A stretch of DNA of 32,000 nt from Raphidiopsis brookii D9 (GTDB taxonomy: Bacteria; Cyanobacteriota; Cyanobacteriia; Cyanobacteriales; Nostocaceae). The notes under the pieces were generated by a model. It ran no database searches. It saw nothing but the letters and a program-made list of their open reading frames with translations, and was not told the origin of the DNA. The translations under genes and the position numbers were made by a program. The stretch is from positions 150,001 through 182,000 of the forward strand of contig ACYB01000046.1 in the NCBI GenBank assembly GCA_000175855.1, written 5' to 3'. Position 1 is the first letter of the stretch, and each line of letters opens with the position of its first letter. Positions 10,374-20,790 of this stretch are shown piece after piece.

Positions 10374-11686
10374 TATTGTTTCACCATTCCTTCATAGCGT
10401 TGAGAGATGACGTAAGTTTGGATTTGCCTTGCCGTATCAATAGCCACACCCACTAAAATCAGTAAAGAAGTGGCTCCCAAACCTCTAAAAGTTGGTACAT
10501 TTAAAGTGCTTTCCACGGCGGTAGGAATAATGGCCACCAGTCCTAAAAACATAGCTCCCAAAAAAGTCAAACGGTTGCTGACCCGCTCAATATACTCACT
10601 GGTAGCTTTGCCAGGTCTAATTCCAGGGATACTAGAACCCATTTTCTTCAAATTTTGAGCCACATCTACCGGGTTGAGAATCAAGGAAGAATAGAAATAG
10701 CTAAAGAAGATAATAGAAACCATGTATACCAAAGCATACACCCAAGAGCTAGATCCGCTAGGGCTCAAATAGGTGTTAACTATATTTGCCAATTCAACAT
10801 TCTTAGTAAAGTTAGCAATTAGCAAGGGCAAACTAAGGATGGCAGCGGCAAAAATAATCGGCATGACACCGCCCTGATTCAAACGTAAAGGCAGAAAACT
10901 TCTTTGTTCTGCTAAAACTCGCCGACCTACTTGACGACGGGCAGAAATAATTGGAATTCGGCGTATACCTTCCTGGACGAATACAATACCAATAATGGTG
11001 GCTACAAACACCAACACCAAAACAATCACCCGTCCCACAATTTCCCTACCACCGACCTGCACCAAGTCAATAGTGTCACCCAGGGACTTAGGTAAGGAAG
11101 CCACAATATTGACAAAAATCAACAAAGATGCACCATTACCAATCCCCCGCTCCGTAATTAACTCGGATGCCCACATAACAAACATGGAACCAGCAGTCAA
11201 GGCTATTGCGGTTTCCGCCACAAAAATCGGGCCTGGATTGAGGGCAAACTGCTGCAGGAATAAAGCTGAAAAAGCTGTACTCTGAAGAATTGCCCAACCT
11301 AAAGACACATATCTGGTAATCTGAGATATTTTCCGTCTTCCTGCTTCTCCTTCGTTTTTCTGTAAATTTTCTAAAGAAGGAATAGCAGCAGTCAACAATT
11401 GGATAATAATGGACGCATTGATAAAGGGAAGAATACCCAAGGCAAAAACACCCAAGGTGGATAGTCCCCTTCCCGAAAATATATCCAACAAACCGAAAAT
11501 GGCATTATTCCCAGATATGGCCTGTGCAAATCTTTCGCGGTCAATTCCGGGAACTGGCAAAAAAATACCCAATCGCACCAAAATTAGAATCCCGACCGTG
11601 ACAAGCAGCCTTCCTCTTAGTCCAGCTGCTTGCGCCATTTGCATAAAAGTTTCCTGAGCCGTTGGGGCTTTGTCTCGACTGATCAT
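10373..11686 (-). CDS. secY: preprotein translocase subunit SecY
   Basis: 437-aa polytopic membrane protein with SecY motifs (ALGILPFINASIIIQLL, RGIGNGASLLIF). Confidence 0.96.
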   Translation of the reverse strand: MISRDKAPTAQETFMQMAQAAGLRGRLLVTVGILILVRLGIFLPVPGIDRERFAQAISGNNAIFGLLDIFSGRGLSTLGVFALGILPFINASIIIQLLTAAIPSLENLQKNEGEAGRRKISQITRYVSLGWAILQSTAFSALFLQQFALNPGPIFVAETAIALTAGSMFVMWASELITERGIGNGASLLIFVNIVASLPKSLGDTIDLVQVGGREIVGRVIVLVLVFVATIIGIVFVQEGIRRIPIISARRQVGRRVLAEQRSFLPLRLNQGGVMPIIFAAAILSLPLLIANFTKNVELANIVNTYLSPSGSSSWVYALVYMVSIIFFSYFYSSLILNPVDVAQNLKKMGSSIPGIRPGKATSEYIERVSNRLTFLGAMFLGLVAIIPTAVESTLNVPTFRGLGATSLLILVGVAIDTARQIQTYVISQRYEGMVKQ

Positions 11687-11741
11687 AAAGTCTTACCTTG
11701 ATAGTGAACCGGGTGCTGGCAGCTAGTTGACTAGCATGTCT

Positions 11742-12176
11742 TCAGCTTAAAACCTCACAACTACCACCAGCAGCCTCAATTTTGCTCCGAGCTTGACCGG
11801 TGAAAGCAGCAGCTTGCACCTTGAGTGGAACACCCAATTCCCCATTACCCAATACTTTTAAAGGTCCTTTAGCGGAGGTAAGAATACCTGCCTCTTTTAA
11901 AGAGGCCAGATTTACTTCCGAGTTAGCAGGTAGGGAAGCCAGCTTCTCTACATTTATCGTAGTGTAAACCCGACGATTGACTACAGGAAAACCTTTGAGC
12001 TTGGGTATTCGACGGTAAAGAGGTTGTTGTCCACCTTCAAAACCCGGTCTAGTGCTGCTACCAGAGCGGGACTTTTGACCCCGCATGCCCAGACCTGCAC
12101 TAGCGCCTTGACCGGCAGAAATACCTCTACCTACACGCTTGCGGTCGTTTTTTAGAGCCCTTTTGAGGCTTAACAT
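11742..12176 (-). CDS. rplO: 50S ribosomal protein L15
   Basis: [26 protein letters not shown] is the L15 signature. Confidence 0.95.
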   Translation of the reverse strand: MLSLKRALKNDRKRVGRGISAGQGASAGLGMRGQKSRSGSSTRPGFEGGQQPLYRRIPKLKGFPVVNRRVYTTINVEKLASLPANSEVNLASLKEAGILTSAKGPLKVLGNGELGVPLKVQAAAFTGQARSKIEAAGGSCEVLS

Positions 12177-12245
12177 CGTTCAGTCTCATGTTGATCCTCT
12201 GGTTTTGCTATGGATTTTATTAATAAAACCCTGCATAAAGCATGA

Positions 12246-12770
12246 TTAAATATAGAGATTCTCTACCGCGATGCCCCGATCTTCAGCGACTTCAGCAAAT
12301 GTTCGCAGTGTAGATAAAGCATTAACAGCAGCTCTGGCGTTATTTAAAGGATTGTTAGAACCTAGTTGTTTAGCTAGAACATTACGTACTCCAGCTAATT
12401 CCAACACAGTTCTGACTGCACCACCGGCGATTACACCAGTACCTGGTGCGGCTGGGCGCATAATCACCTTAGCTCCACCACCAACACCATCAATGGGATG
12501 GGGAATAGAGTTAGACTTAGTGATAGGAATTTCAATCAGATGCTTTTTGCCATCTGCGACACCCTTTTTCACCGCTCCGATCACATCGGAAGCCTTACCA
12601 ACTCCCACACCCACCTGACCACGTTCGTTGCCAACGATGACAATTGCCCGGAAGCTGAGTTTTTTACCACCTTTGACCACCTTACTGACACGACGGATTT
12701 GAATCACCCGTTCTTGCCAGTTGGTTTCTTCTTTCTTCGCCTTACTTGCCTTACGACGACCCGTTGCCAT
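12246..12770 (-). CDS. rpsE: 30S ribosomal protein S5
   Basis: Contains the S5 dsRBD and C-terminal domain ([27 protein letters not shown]). ATG at 12770 is preferred over GTG at 12776. Confidence 0.94.
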   Translation of the reverse strand: MATGRRKASKAKKEETNWQERVIQIRRVSKVVKGGKKLSFRAIVIVGNERGQVGVGVGKASDVIGAVKKGVADGKKHLIEIPITKSNSIPHPIDGVGGGAKVIMRPAAPGTGVIAGGAVRTVLELAGVRNVLAKQLGSNNPLNNARAAVNALSTLRTFAEVAEDRGIAVENLYI

Positions 12771-12788
12771 AATCACTTTTCTCTCAAC

Positions 12789-12809
12789 GTCAGTTGTCAG
12801 TTGTCAGTT
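12789..12809. repeat. heptamer tandem repeat (GTCAGTT)x3 in the rplR-rpsE spacer
   Basis: Read directly. It reads AACTGAC on the transcribed strand. Confidence 0.85.
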
Positions 12810-12833
12810 GGGACTTTTTCCCCACAGAAAACT

Positions 12834-13196
12834 TTAGAAATCCAAACCTGCTTCCCGTGCTGCCTCAGCTAAAGCCTGAATACGACCATGATAAAGATTA
12901 CCACCTCGATCAAATACGACCTTAGTAATACCCTTTTCTAAAGAGCGCGCTGCTATTAACTTACCAACTTGGGCTGAAGCATCACAGTTAGCACCAGAGG
13001 CCAAATCAGACCTCAACTGAGGGTCTACTGTTGATGCTGCTACTAGTGTACGATGTTGTGTATCGTCAATAATTTGAGCATAAATGTGCTCATTAGAGCG
13101 AAACACTGATAGACGTGGACGTTCTGGGGAACCGTTGACTTTACCACGTACGCGCCTATGGCGACGTTGTTTTGATTCTCTACGAGTAAGTTTCAT
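12834..13196 (-). CDS. rplR: 50S ribosomal protein L18
   Basis: The 120-aa translation ([20 protein letters not shown]...[12 protein letters not shown]) is canonical L18. Confidence 0.96.
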   Translation of the reverse strand: MKLTRRESKQRRHRRVRGKVNGSPERPRLSVFRSNEHIYAQIIDDTQHRTLVAASTVDPQLRSDLASGANCDASAQVGKLIAARSLEKGITKVVFDRGGNLYHGRIQALAEAAREAGLDF

Positions 13197-13198
13197 GT

Positions 13199-13747
13199 TT
13201 ACTTCTTACCTTTACCACCAGTCTTACCGGCTTTACGTCTTACCACTTCACCGGCATAACGAATACCTTTACCTTTATAGGGTTCCGGGGGACGAACAGC
13301 ACGAATTTTAGCTGCCGTGTTACCCACCACCTCTTTGTCATAACCACTAACAATGACATTAGTGTTATTTTCAACAACAAATTGAACTCCCGCTGGTGGT
13401 TCGATTTGCACCTGGTGGCTATAACCAATATTCAATACCAGATTGGCACCCTGCACCTGAGCTCGATAACCTACCCCCTGAATTTCCAACCGGCGTTGAA
13501 AACCTTGGGAAACTCCCTCCACCATATTGGCTACCAAAGTCCGGCTTAAACCGTGCATTTGTCGGGAAGTGCGTGTATCATCACGTCTGGTGACTAACAA
13601 TGTTTCTCCAGATTGAGAAACTGTGACGTGGGTGGGTAGATCACGGGAAAGCTCCCCCTTGGGACCCTTAACCACCACCTTTGTACCATCTATTGCCACC
13701 TGTACTTTGGCGGGAATAGTAATTGGACGTTTACCAATACGAGACAT
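13199..13747 (-). CDS. rplF: 50S ribosomal protein L6
   Basis: [21 protein letters not shown]...[11 protein letters not shown] is canonical L6. Confidence 0.96.
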   Translation of the reverse strand: MSRIGKRPITIPAKVQVAIDGTKVVVKGPKGELSRDLPTHVTVSQSGETLLVTRRDDTRTSRQMHGLSRTLVANMVEGVSQGFQRRLEIQGVGYRAQVQGANLVLNIGYSHQVQIEPPAGVQFVVENNTNVIVSGYDKEVVGNTAAKIRAVRPPEPYKGKGIRYAGEVVRRKAGKTGGKGKK

Positions 13748-13761
13748 GAATTTTGTCCTTT

Positions 13762-13789
13762 GTCAGTTATGAGTTGTGAGTATGAGTCA
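13762..13789. repeat. degenerate period-7 repeat (GTCAGTT ATGAGTT GTGAGTA TGAGTCA) in the rpsH-rplF spacer
   Basis: Read directly. The first unit is identical to the heptamer at 12789 and 20113. Confidence 0.6.
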
Positions 13790-13837
13790 TCTGGAATTGG
13801 CCTGGGTCGCTCTACTCCCGAACTCCTGAGCTTGTTT

Positions 13838-14240
13838 TTACCAAACGTAGCAAAGCACTTCACCACCCAGGTTCTGGCGACGCGCTTCCCGGTCAGTCAT
13901 GATTCCACTAGAGGTGGAAATAATCGCGATCCCAATACCACCTAGGACTCTTGGCAGTTCCTTTTTGTTGGAATAAACTCGCAACCCAGGTTTACTTACA
14001 CGTTTTAGAGTCGTGATTAGAGGTTGACGACTTTTACCTTTGTATTTCAGAGAAATAACTAGGTTACGTTTTACCCCTTCTCCCGCTTCAGTGTACTCGG
14101 AAATAAACCCCTCTTGCTGTAGAACCTTAGCAATACTACGAGTCATTTTTTGTTGCTGGCACTTCCGTTGTTTGATGCCTTGCCAGGTTAGCATTGCGGA
14201 TGCGCGTCAGCATATCTGCAATTGTGTCGTTAGCGGCCAT
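13838..14240 (-). pseudogene. rpsH: 30S ribosomal protein S8; frame broken by one extra base in an A-run
   Basis: ATG at 14240 encodes the canonical S8 N-terminus [31 protein letters not shown]. That frame then runs NDS-stop (TAG at 14138..14136). The rest of S8 ([18 protein letters not shown]...GGEVLCYVW) is in the +1 frame, the tracked ORF 13838..14194. The span 14240..13838 is 403 nt, 402 plus 1. The frames meet at the minus-strand A6 run (plus-strand T6, 14146..14151). Confidence 0.88.
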
Positions 14241-14260
14241 CGTTCCCTCTTTAGATGAAC

Positions 14261-14809
14261 TTATTGATCCCGAAAGGGCATTCCCATTTCTTTAAGCAAA
14301 GCACGACCTTCTTCGTCGGTTTTGGCTGTGGTGATAATTGAAATATCTAAACCACGGATTTGATCGATTCTGTCGTACTCGATTTCTGGAAAGATTAGTT
14401 GTTCTCTCACCCCTAGGGTGTAGTTACCTCGACCGTCGAAGCTTTTGGCACTAACCCCGCGAAAATCGCGAATTCTGGGTAAGGCCAAACTAATCAACCG
14501 ATCCAAGAAAGCATACATCCGTTCGCCTCGGAGAGTCACCATAATGCCCACGGGCATGCCTTGACGAATTTTAAAGCCAGCGATCGCCTTTTTTGCTCTG
14601 GTCACCACTGGCTTTTGACCAGTAATTAGAGCAATTTCACTTAAAGACGCTTCCAAGGCCTTAGCATTTTGAGCCGCTTCGCCCAAACCTCGGTTAACAG
14701 TAACTTTCAGCACTTTAGGTACTTGATGCACATTAGTATACTGAAACTGTTGGGTTAGTTTGGGGACAATTGTTTGGCCATATAAAGTTTTGAGTCTAGT
14801 TGTCGCCAT
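14261..14809 (-). CDS. rplE: 50S ribosomal protein L5
   Basis: 182-aa canonical L5 ([20 protein letters not shown]...[10 protein letters not shown]). Confidence 0.96.
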   Translation of the reverse strand: MATTRLKTLYGQTIVPKLTQQFQYTNVHQVPKVLKVTVNRGLGEAAQNAKALEASLSEIALITGQKPVVTRAKKAIAGFKIRQGMPVGIMVTLRGERMYAFLDRLISLALPRIRDFRGVSAKSFDGRGNYTLGVREQLIFPEIEYDRIDQIRGLDISIITTAKTDEEGRALLKEMGMPFRDQ

Positions 14810-14813
14810 TCAC

Positions 14814-15161
14814 CTACTTATCCAAAATCTCACCTGTTTTCTTCAGCATGCGCACTTTTTTGCCGTCTTCGGTAAAAGTGTAACAGACACGACTAGCAAT
14901 GTTTTGCTTAGTAGAATAGAGCATCACATTAGAGCTGTGAATGGGATACTCCTGGCTTACAATCCGACCAGATTCGCCTTCCTGTTGAGGTTTAACGTGC
15001 TTGGTCTTGATGTTAACACCCTTAACAATCACCCTGCTGTCTTGAGGTAATGCTTTAATCACCTCGCCCACTTTACCCTTATCTTTACCAGCAATCACTT
15101 GCACAGTATCACCGGTTTTGACGTGCATTTTATGGAACACCTTGGGTTTTACCTTGGCCAC
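14814..15161 (-). CDS. rplX: 50S ribosomal protein L24
   Basis: KOW motif [25 protein letters not shown] start shares one base with the rplN stop. Confidence 0.95.
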   Translation of the reverse strand: MAKVKPKVFHKMHVKTGDTVQVIAGKDKGKVGEVIKALPQDSRVIVKGVNIKTKHVKPQQEGESGRIVSQEYPIHSSNVMLYSTKQNIASRVCYTFTEDGKKVRMLKKTGEILDK

Positions 15162-15529
15162 TACAGCACCTCCGGAGCAAGAGAAACTATTTTCGTAAAG
15201 TTTTTATCCCGTAATTCCCGAGCTACCGGTCCAAATACCCGTGTACCTTTGGGATTACCTTCTTTGTTGATAATTACTGCTGCATTATCATCAAAGCGAA
15301 TACTCATGCCACTGTCACGGTTAATGCTCTTTTTAGTCCGAACTATTACCGCTTCCACCACATCAGACTTTTTTACAGCCATATTGGGTTGGGCATCCTT
15401 AACAACGGCGATAATTCTATCGCCCACGCCACCATAACGGCGATTGCCAGCACCCAGTACTCTTATGCACATTAGCTTGCGGGCACCGCTGTTATCGGCA
15501 ACATTGAGGTAGGTTTGGGGTTGAATCAC
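15161..15529 (-). CDS. rplN: 50S ribosomal protein L14
   Basis: (GTG)[25 protein letters not shown] is canonical L14. Confidence 0.96.
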   Translation of the reverse strand: MIQPQTYLNVADNSGARKLMCIRVLGAGNRRYGGVGDRIIAVVKDAQPNMAVKKSDVVEAVIVRTKKSINRDSGMSIRFDDNAAVIINKEGNPKGTRVFGPVARELRDKNFTKIVSLAPEVL

Positions 15530-15586
15530 AATTAATCTCCCGATAAAAGTTGTTAATCAAATAACAACCTAGACAACAACCATTCT

Positions 15587-15832
15587 TCAAGCTTTGACAT
15601 TGAGGATTTCCGTCACTTGCCAACGCTTGGTTTTGCTCAGGGGTCTAGTTTCCTGAATCCGAACCCGATCGCCCACTTTGCAGCTGTTTTCCGCATCATG
15701 AACCTTATAACGCCGGGTTTTAACCACGGTTTTACCGTACTTAGGGTGGGAAGACCGGTTTTCCACCGCTACCACCACAGTTTTTTGCATTTTATCGCTG
15801 ACTACCAAGCCAACTCGTTCTTTGATTGCCAT
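15587..15832 (-). CDS. rpsQ: 30S ribosomal protein S17
   Basis: [30 protein letters not shown] is canonical S17. Confidence 0.95.
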   Translation of the reverse strand: MAIKERVGLVVSDKMQKTVVVAVENRSSHPKYGKTVVKTRRYKVHDAENSCKVGDRVRIQETRPLSKTKRWQVTEILNVKA

Positions 15833-15838
15833 AATCTT

Positions 15839-16066
15839 CTAGTTGCTTTCTTGGTTCGGTTGACTACTTGCACGTTTACGCTCTGTCTCTACTGTTAGTA
15901 GCTGAGCCAAACGCTGGCGGGTATGTTTAAACCGGTGGGGTTTTTCCAACTGTCTAGTGGCCTTTTGTAATCGCAGTTGAAATAGTTGTTTTTTCAAACT
16001 CACTATTTCCTCAGCCAGTTTTTCATCACTTAATTCTCGAGCTTCTGAAATCTTGGGAAGAGGCAT
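15839..16066 (-). CDS. rpmC: 50S ribosomal protein L29
   Basis: 75-aa helical protein (LKKQLFQLRLQKATRQLEKPHRFK) in the L16-L29-S17 slot. Confidence 0.93.
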   Translation of the reverse strand: MPLPKISEARELSDEKLAEEIVSLKKQLFQLRLQKATRQLEKPHRFKHTRQRLAQLLTVETERKRASSQPNQESN

Positions 16067-16069
16067 AAC

Positions 16070-16495
16070 CTACTCCTGCTCCTGTGGTTGAGAGCGGACA
16101 ATAAACTTGGTTTTAATGGGCAACTTATAAGCAGCCAAGCGCATAGCTTCACGAGCTATTTCTTCAGACACACCAGCGATTTCAAACAGAATCCGACCTG
16201 GTTTGACCACCGCCACCCAAAATTCCGGATTACCCTTACCAGAACCCATCCGGGTTTCCGCAGGACGCATGGTAACAGGTTTATCTGGGAAGATGCGGAT
16301 CCAGATTTTACCACCCCGGCGAATATAACGAGTCATTGCCCGACGGGAGGCTTCTATTTGGCGAGAGGTGATCCAACATGGTTCTTGGGCTTGCAGGGCA
16401 AAATCCCCAAAGTTCAGGGTGCTACCACGGTGTGCTAGACCCTCCATGCGTCCGCGTTGTTGTTTGCGGAATTTCGTTCTTCTAGGACTTAACAT
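16070..16495 (-). CDS. rplP: 50S ribosomal protein L16
   Basis: [17 protein letters not shown] is canonical L16. Confidence 0.96.
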   Translation of the reverse strand: MLSPRRTKFRKQQRGRMEGLAHRGSTLNFGDFALQAQEPCWITSRQIEASRRAMTRYIRRGGKIWIRIFPDKPVTMRPAETRMGSGKGNPEFWVAVVKPGRILFEIAGVSEEIAREAMRLAAYKLPIKTKFIVRSQPQEQE

Positions 16496-16503
16496 GGTTT
16501 GTC

Positions 16504-16538
16504 GATTGGTAGTTGGTAATCGGTGATTGGCAATTGGT
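16504..16538. repeat. degenerate heptamer array (GATTGGT AGTTGGT AATCGGT GATTGGC AATTGGT) in the rpsC-rplP spacer
   Basis: Read directly. There are five period-7 units. Confidence 0.75.
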
Positions 16539-16573
16539 TGTGACTAGTTTTGTTCTAGCCACCCGTCACCTAA

Positions 16574-17329
16574 TTACGCTTCATTTGACCGGTCTTCAAA
16601 TTGCTGGCGACGGCGTTGTTGTTGACGACGACGGGGTTCACGCTCTCTGGTTACTGGTTGGGAGACAATGTCTTCTTGTCCGGGAATAATCTCTCCCTTG
16701 AACACCCAAACCTTAACACCCAAAATTCCGTAAACCGTTTGAGCTGTACAGTAGGAATAGTCAATATCAGCCCGTAGAGTATGTAACGGTACTCTTCCTT
16801 CACGAGTCCATTCAGTTCGAGCAATTTCCGCACCGTTGAGACGACCACTCACCTGCACTTTGATTCCCTGTACTCCTGCTCTTTGGGCCCTTTGAATCGC
16901 TTGGCGAACTACGCGACGAAAAGAAACGCGTCTTTCTAGCTGTTGAGCAATGTATTCAGCAATTAAATAGGCATCCGCATCTACTTTTTGCACTTCTACA
17001 ACGTTGATGCGCACTTGTCGGTGACTGCCCAACAACTGCTGGAGTCCAGTACGCAGGGCTTCTATACCCTGTCCACCCCGGCCTACAACCACACCGGGTC
17101 TAGCCGTCCGCAGCTCTAAATCAACCTGGTCAGCTTTACGCTCAATGTGGATCTCAGAGAGACCAGCATTATTTTGAGCGTTTCTACCCAGCTTTTGTTC
17201 TATGTACTGACGGAGTTTGTGGTCTTCCTGTAGCAGTTCCGGATAGCGACCAGGAACTGCGAACCAAAGGGATTGATGTTCTTGTGTTATACCCAGACGA
17301 AACCCGACTGGATGAATTTTCTGTCCCAC
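16574..17329 (-). CDS. rpsC: 30S ribosomal protein S3
   Basis: (GTG)[14 protein letters not shown], with KH domain, plus an Arg/Gln-rich C-terminal tail. Confidence 0.96.
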   Translation of the reverse strand: MGQKIHPVGFRLGITQEHQSLWFAVPGRYPELLQEDHKLRQYIEQKLGRNAQNNAGLSEIHIERKADQVDLELRTARPGVVVGRGGQGIEALRTGLQQLLGSHRQVRINVVEVQKVDADAYLIAEYIAQQLERRVSFRRVVRQAIQRAQRAGVQGIKVQVSGRLNGAEIARTEWTREGRVPLHTLRADIDYSYCTAQTVYGILGVKVWVFKGEIIPGQEDIVSQPVTREREPRRRQQQRRRQQFEDRSNEA

Positions 17330-17405
17330 AAATGCTTCCTCTAAAATTTCTGACTGTACTCACACAACCCAATTATTTGTAGCTGTGGTTGTAACCCTAT
17401 CTGAC

Positions 17406-17759
17406 TCATTGAGCAGCTTCTCCCACAGCAACAGTAATATGACAGGTCGGTTTACGAATCTGGTAAGCTCTCCCCTGGGCCCTGGGCTGGAATCTCTTTA
17501 AGACTGGGCCTTGATCCGCATAGGCTTGGGTAATTACTAGACTCGCCCTGTCTAATCCAGCATTATGTTCGGCATTGGCAGCGGCACTTCTTAATACCTT
17601 TAACACTGGCTCACAAGCACGATAAGGCATAAATTCCAGGATGATTAGTGCCTCCCGATAAGATAGACCCCGAATTTGATCTAACACCCGCCGCACTTTA
17701 TAGGGAGAAACGCGGATGTATCGAGCGATCGCTTTAACTTCTGTAGTATACGTTGCCAT
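17406..17759 (-). CDS. rplV: 50S ribosomal protein L22
   Basis: [22 protein letters not shown] is canonical L22. Confidence 0.96.
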   Translation of the reverse strand: MATYTTEVKAIARYIRVSPYKVRRVLDQIRGLSYREALIILEFMPYRACEPVLKVLRSAAANAEHNAGLDRASLVITQAYADQGPVLKRFQPRAQGRAYQIRKPTCHITVAVGEAAQ

Positions 17760-17817
17760 AATTTACTCCGTTTAGGGCCACATGTCACCAGCTTGGGGCC
17801 AATGACTAATGACATAA

Positions 17818-18096
17818 CTATCTCCCCGATTTTTTATCGGTTTTTCCGTGGCCCCTATAGGTACGAGTGGGAGCAAATTCTCCCAACTTGTGTCCCACCA
17901 TTTGCTCATTCACAAACACTGGCACATGTTGTTTACCGTTGTGAACTGCAATAGTATGACCTACCATAAGTGGCAGAATTGTAGAAGCCCTTGACCAAGT
18001 CTTAATAACTTGCTTTTCATTATTGGCGTTGAGCTTTTCAAGCTTGCTGAGCAAGTGATCAGCGACAAAAGGACCCTTTTTTAAAGAACGACCCAT
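17818..18096 (-). CDS. rpsS: 30S ribosomal protein S19
   Basis: [16 protein letters not shown]...[15 protein letters not shown] is canonical S19. Confidence 0.96.
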   Translation of the reverse strand: MGRSLKKGPFVADHLLSKLEKLNANNEKQVIKTWSRASTILPLMVGHTIAVHNGKQHVPVFVNEQMVGHKLGEFAPTRTYRGHGKTDKKSGR

Positions 18097-18141
18097 AGTT
18101 CAATCTCAGATTTTAGATTTTTGGGGTTTTGGATTTACATC

Positions 18142-19005
18142 CTAGGACTGACGACCGCCACGTCCCCGTTTAGAAGACTTACGACGACGACGTACAATCA
18201 ATTTACTACTAGCTTTTTTACGCTTTCTGGTTTTAGCACCCAAAGCTGGTTTACCCCAAGGGGTAACCGGACCCGATCTACCAATAGGTGCCCTACCCTC
18301 TCCACCACCATGGGGGTGATCTACAGGGTTCATCACACTACCTCTGACCTTGGGACGACGACCTTTCCAGCGATTTCTACCAGCTTTTCCTGCACTCAGG
18401 TTTCTGGCATCCGTATTGCCCACCTGACCAATGGTGGCGTAGCATTCCCGGCGCACCATTCTTACTTCCCCGGATGGGAGCTTTAAGGTGACATAGTTAC
18501 CTTCTTTTGCCATCAACTGGGCTGTTGCTCCAGCTGCACGCACTATTTGTCCACCTTTTCCTGGTGTCATTTCCACATTGTGTACGTTAGTACCTAGGGG
18601 AATATTACTCAGGGGTAGGGCATTCCCGTCTTCAAAAGGTGCTTGGGGTCCAGCAGTGACCTTTGCCCCGACCTTTAATCCGTTAGGATGTAATATATAC
18701 CGCTTCTCGCCGTCTTCGTATTCTAATAAGGCAATCCGCGCATTCCGGTTAGGATCATATTCAACTGCTATAACTGTAGCGGTTATATCCCGCTTATCTC
18801 TTTTAAAGTCGATAATCCGGTATAGTTGTTTGTGTCCACCCCCCCGACGACGGCTAGTTATCCGCCCTTGATTATTCCGACCTTTGGGTCTATGCACTGA
18901 TTCCGTCAGTGATTTTTCAGGTTCGGTTTTTGTGATCTCCGCAAAGTCTGAAATAGTTACTTGGCGAGTGCTAGGGGTGTAAGGGCGATAGGAACGAGTA
19001 CCCAT
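18142..19005 (-). CDS. rplB: 50S ribosomal protein L2
   Basis: 287-aa canonical L2 ([32 protein letters not shown]). Confidence 0.97.
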   Translation of the reverse strand: MGTRSYRPYTPSTRQVTISDFAEITKTEPEKSLTESVHRPKGRNNQGRITSRRRGGGHKQLYRIIDFKRDKRDITATVIAVEYDPNRNARIALLEYEDGEKRYILHPNGLKVGAKVTAGPQAPFEDGNALPLSNIPLGTNVHNVEMTPGKGGQIVRAAGATAQLMAKEGNYVTLKLPSGEVRMVRRECYATIGQVGNTDARNLSAGKAGRNRWKGRRPKVRGSVMNPVDHPHGGGEGRAPIGRSGPVTPWGKPALGAKTRKRKKASSKLIVRRRRKSSKRGRGGRQS

Positions 19006-19010
19006 AAACG

Positions 19011-19038
19011 ATTTTGGATTTTGGATTTTGGATTTTAG
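19011..19038. repeat. heptamer tandem repeat (ATTTTGG)x3 plus ATTTTAG in the rplW-rplB spacer
   Basis: Read directly. It starts 6 nt upstream of the rplB start codon on the transcribed strand. A degenerate relative lies at about 18108..18137. Confidence 0.85.
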
Positions 19039-19143
19039 TATGGGAGGCCTTTGAGTTGGATGAGGATTTTTAATTGCTGCTTAAATATATCCAGTACATC
19101 TATTAGACATGACTTACTCAGCTTCAAATCCAATCTCAAATTC

Positions 19144-19458
19144 TTAAACGTCTGGGAACAGAACTTGTCTGATTTTTATTTCATCCCCGGATGCAATAGT
19201 CACCACAGCTTTTTTGTACTGGGGTTTAAAGCCAGTAAACTTCCCTACACGACGCTTTTTCCTGGGTGGTAGAGCAGTATTTACTTTAACGACTTTAACC
19301 TGAAACAAATCTTCAATGGCGGCTTTAATCTCGGTCTTAGTAGACTTAGGAGTGACCTCAAATGTGTATTTGTTCTGCTCCATCATGATGGTGGCTTTTT
19401 CTGTCAGGATGGGACGTCGCACTAAGTCTGGTAGGTTGCGGGGTTCAAGGTTAGGCAC
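19144..19458 (-). CDS. rplW: 50S ribosomal protein L23
   Basis: [25 protein letters not shown] is canonical L23. GTG start overlaps the rplD end by 8 nt. Confidence 0.95.
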   Translation of the reverse strand: MPNLEPRNLPDLVRRPILTEKATIMMEQNKYTFEVTPKSTKTEIKAAIEDLFQVKVVKVNTALPPRKKRRVGKFTGFKPQYKKAVVTIASGDEIKIRQVLFPDV

Positions 19459-20092
19459 TGTACACCTCTTGAATTTTGTTTAATGCTGAAGATGTAACTA
19501 CAATCTTGTCAGCGTGCAACAAGTCAAATACGTTCAACTGGTCAGCCGCAATCACCTTAATGTTTTCCACATTACGGGCTGAAAGACTGATGGTCTCCGT
19601 GCTTTGCCCAATTTCTGACAAAATTAGTAAGGTTTTTTGCTCCGCTGTTGCTCCCCAACGAGCTAGTGCTGCTACCAATTCCTTACTCTTAGGACGTTGC
19701 AGTTGGTCCGTGAACTCTTCTACAACTATCAAGTCTTCCCTACGGCTAACAAAAGCTGTGCGCAGTGCTAAACGTCTCTCTTTACGATTAAGCTTGATGT
19801 TAAAGTCCCTCGGTTTTGGACCGAAGATCACACCACCGCCACGCCATAATGGTGAACGAATAGAACCTGCTCGGGCACGACCAGTACCTTTCTGTCTCCA
19901 AGGTTTGCGACCGCCCCCTCGCACTTCTGCACGGGTTTTAGTGCTGGCTGTACCTTGGCGAGAATTGGTCATTTGTCTAACTAGGGCCCGGTGCACTATG
20001 TGGGACGCTGTCTCTTCTTTGGCAATTCGCAACTCGAAGCTGGTTTGACCAACCTCTTCCCCTTGCCAATTCTTAACTATACTCTCAACCAT
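19451..20092 (-). CDS. rplD: 50S ribosomal protein L4
   Basis: [29 protein letters not shown] is canonical L4. Confidence 0.96.
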   Translation of the reverse strand: MVESIVKNWQGEEVGQTSFELRIAKEETASHIVHRALVRQMTNSRQGTASTKTRAEVRGGGRKPWRQKGTGRARAGSIRSPLWRGGGVIFGPKPRDFNIKLNRKERRLALRTAFVSRREDLIVVEEFTDQLQRPKSKELVAALARWGATAEQKTLLILSEIGQSTETISLSARNVENIKVIAADQLNVFDLLHADKIVVTSSALNKIQEVYSA

Positions 20093-20112
20093 TTTTTTGT
20101 CCTTTGTTAGTA

Positions 20113-20126
20113 GTCAGTTGTCAGTT
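20113..20126. repeat. heptamer (GTCAGTT)x2 in the rplC-rplD spacer, followed by a small GTCAG/CTGAC hairpin
   Basis: Read directly. The unit is the same as at 12789..12809. Confidence 0.75.
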
Positions 20127-20151
20127 TTTACTGACAGCTAATCAACTAAAA

Positions 20152-20790
20152 CTACTTATTACCAACTTTAGTCGTGGGCACTACGTTGACTAAGCCACCG
20201 GGTTTGCCAGGAATTGCTCCCTTGATTAATATCAGGTTACGTTCCGCATCCACTTTCACCACGGTCAGTTTACGAACGGTGACGCGACTACCTCCCAATC
20301 TTCCTGCCATCCTTTTACCAGGATAAACACGACCAGGGGTTGTACCCGCTCCAATGGAACCAGGGGCTCTATGGTTTTTGGAACCATGGGACATTGGTCC
20401 CCTGCCAAAGTTATTGCGCTTCTGGTTACCCGCAAAACCACGCCCAATACTCGTCCCAATCACGTCCACAATCTGACCTACACTAAAAATATCTGCCTTT
20501 ATCTCCTGTCCTAAGGCATAATCACCCGCCGCGTCAGTCCGATATTCGTTTAAATACCGCACTGGTCCTGCTGATGACTTTGCCAGGTGACCTAACTTGG
20601 GTTGGTTTAACGCTTTTGGTTTTACTTCCCCATAGCCAACCTGAATGGCACAATAACCATCCGTGGGTTGGGTTTTAACTTGTGTAACAGTGCATGGACC
20701 AGCTTTGATGACGGTCACGGGAATGGATACTCCCGCTTCATCAAAAATTTGGGTCATGCCCAGCTTGGTGCCGAGAATACCTACAGACAC
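20152..20790 (-). CDS. rplC: 50S ribosomal protein L3
   Basis: (GTG)[17 protein letters not shown] is canonical L3. It is the first gene of the ribosomal array. Confidence 0.96.
   Translation of the reverse strand: MSVGILGTKLGMTQIFDEAGVSIPVTVIKAGPCTVTQVKTQPTDGYCAIQVGYGEVKPKALNQPKLGHLAKSSAGPVRYLNEYRTDAAGDYALGQEIKADIFSVGQIVDVIGTSIGRGFAGNQKRNNFGRGPMSHGSKNHRAPGSIGAGTTPGRVYPGKRMAGRLGGSRVTVRKLTVVKVDAERNLILIKGAIPGKPGGLVNVVPTTKVGNK

Noticed and set aside
12789-19038. Tandem heptamer arrays as possible CRISPR or minisatellite loci
   Set aside because: The units are 7 nt with no spacers, the arrays are 14-35 nt long, and there are no cas genes. They fit STRR-type short repeats, not CRISPR.
19476-20048. 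190-aa plus-strand ORF
   Set aside because: It lies entirely antisense to the unmistakable rplD gene. It has an Arg/Ser/Leu-rich shadow-frame composition and no start context.
20152-20790. Apparent absence of rpsJ (S10) upstream of rplC and of rpsN (S14) between rplE and rpsH
   Set aside because: To my knowledge this is the normal cyanobacterial arrangement, with S10 next to tufA and S14 elsewhere. It is not a deletion.
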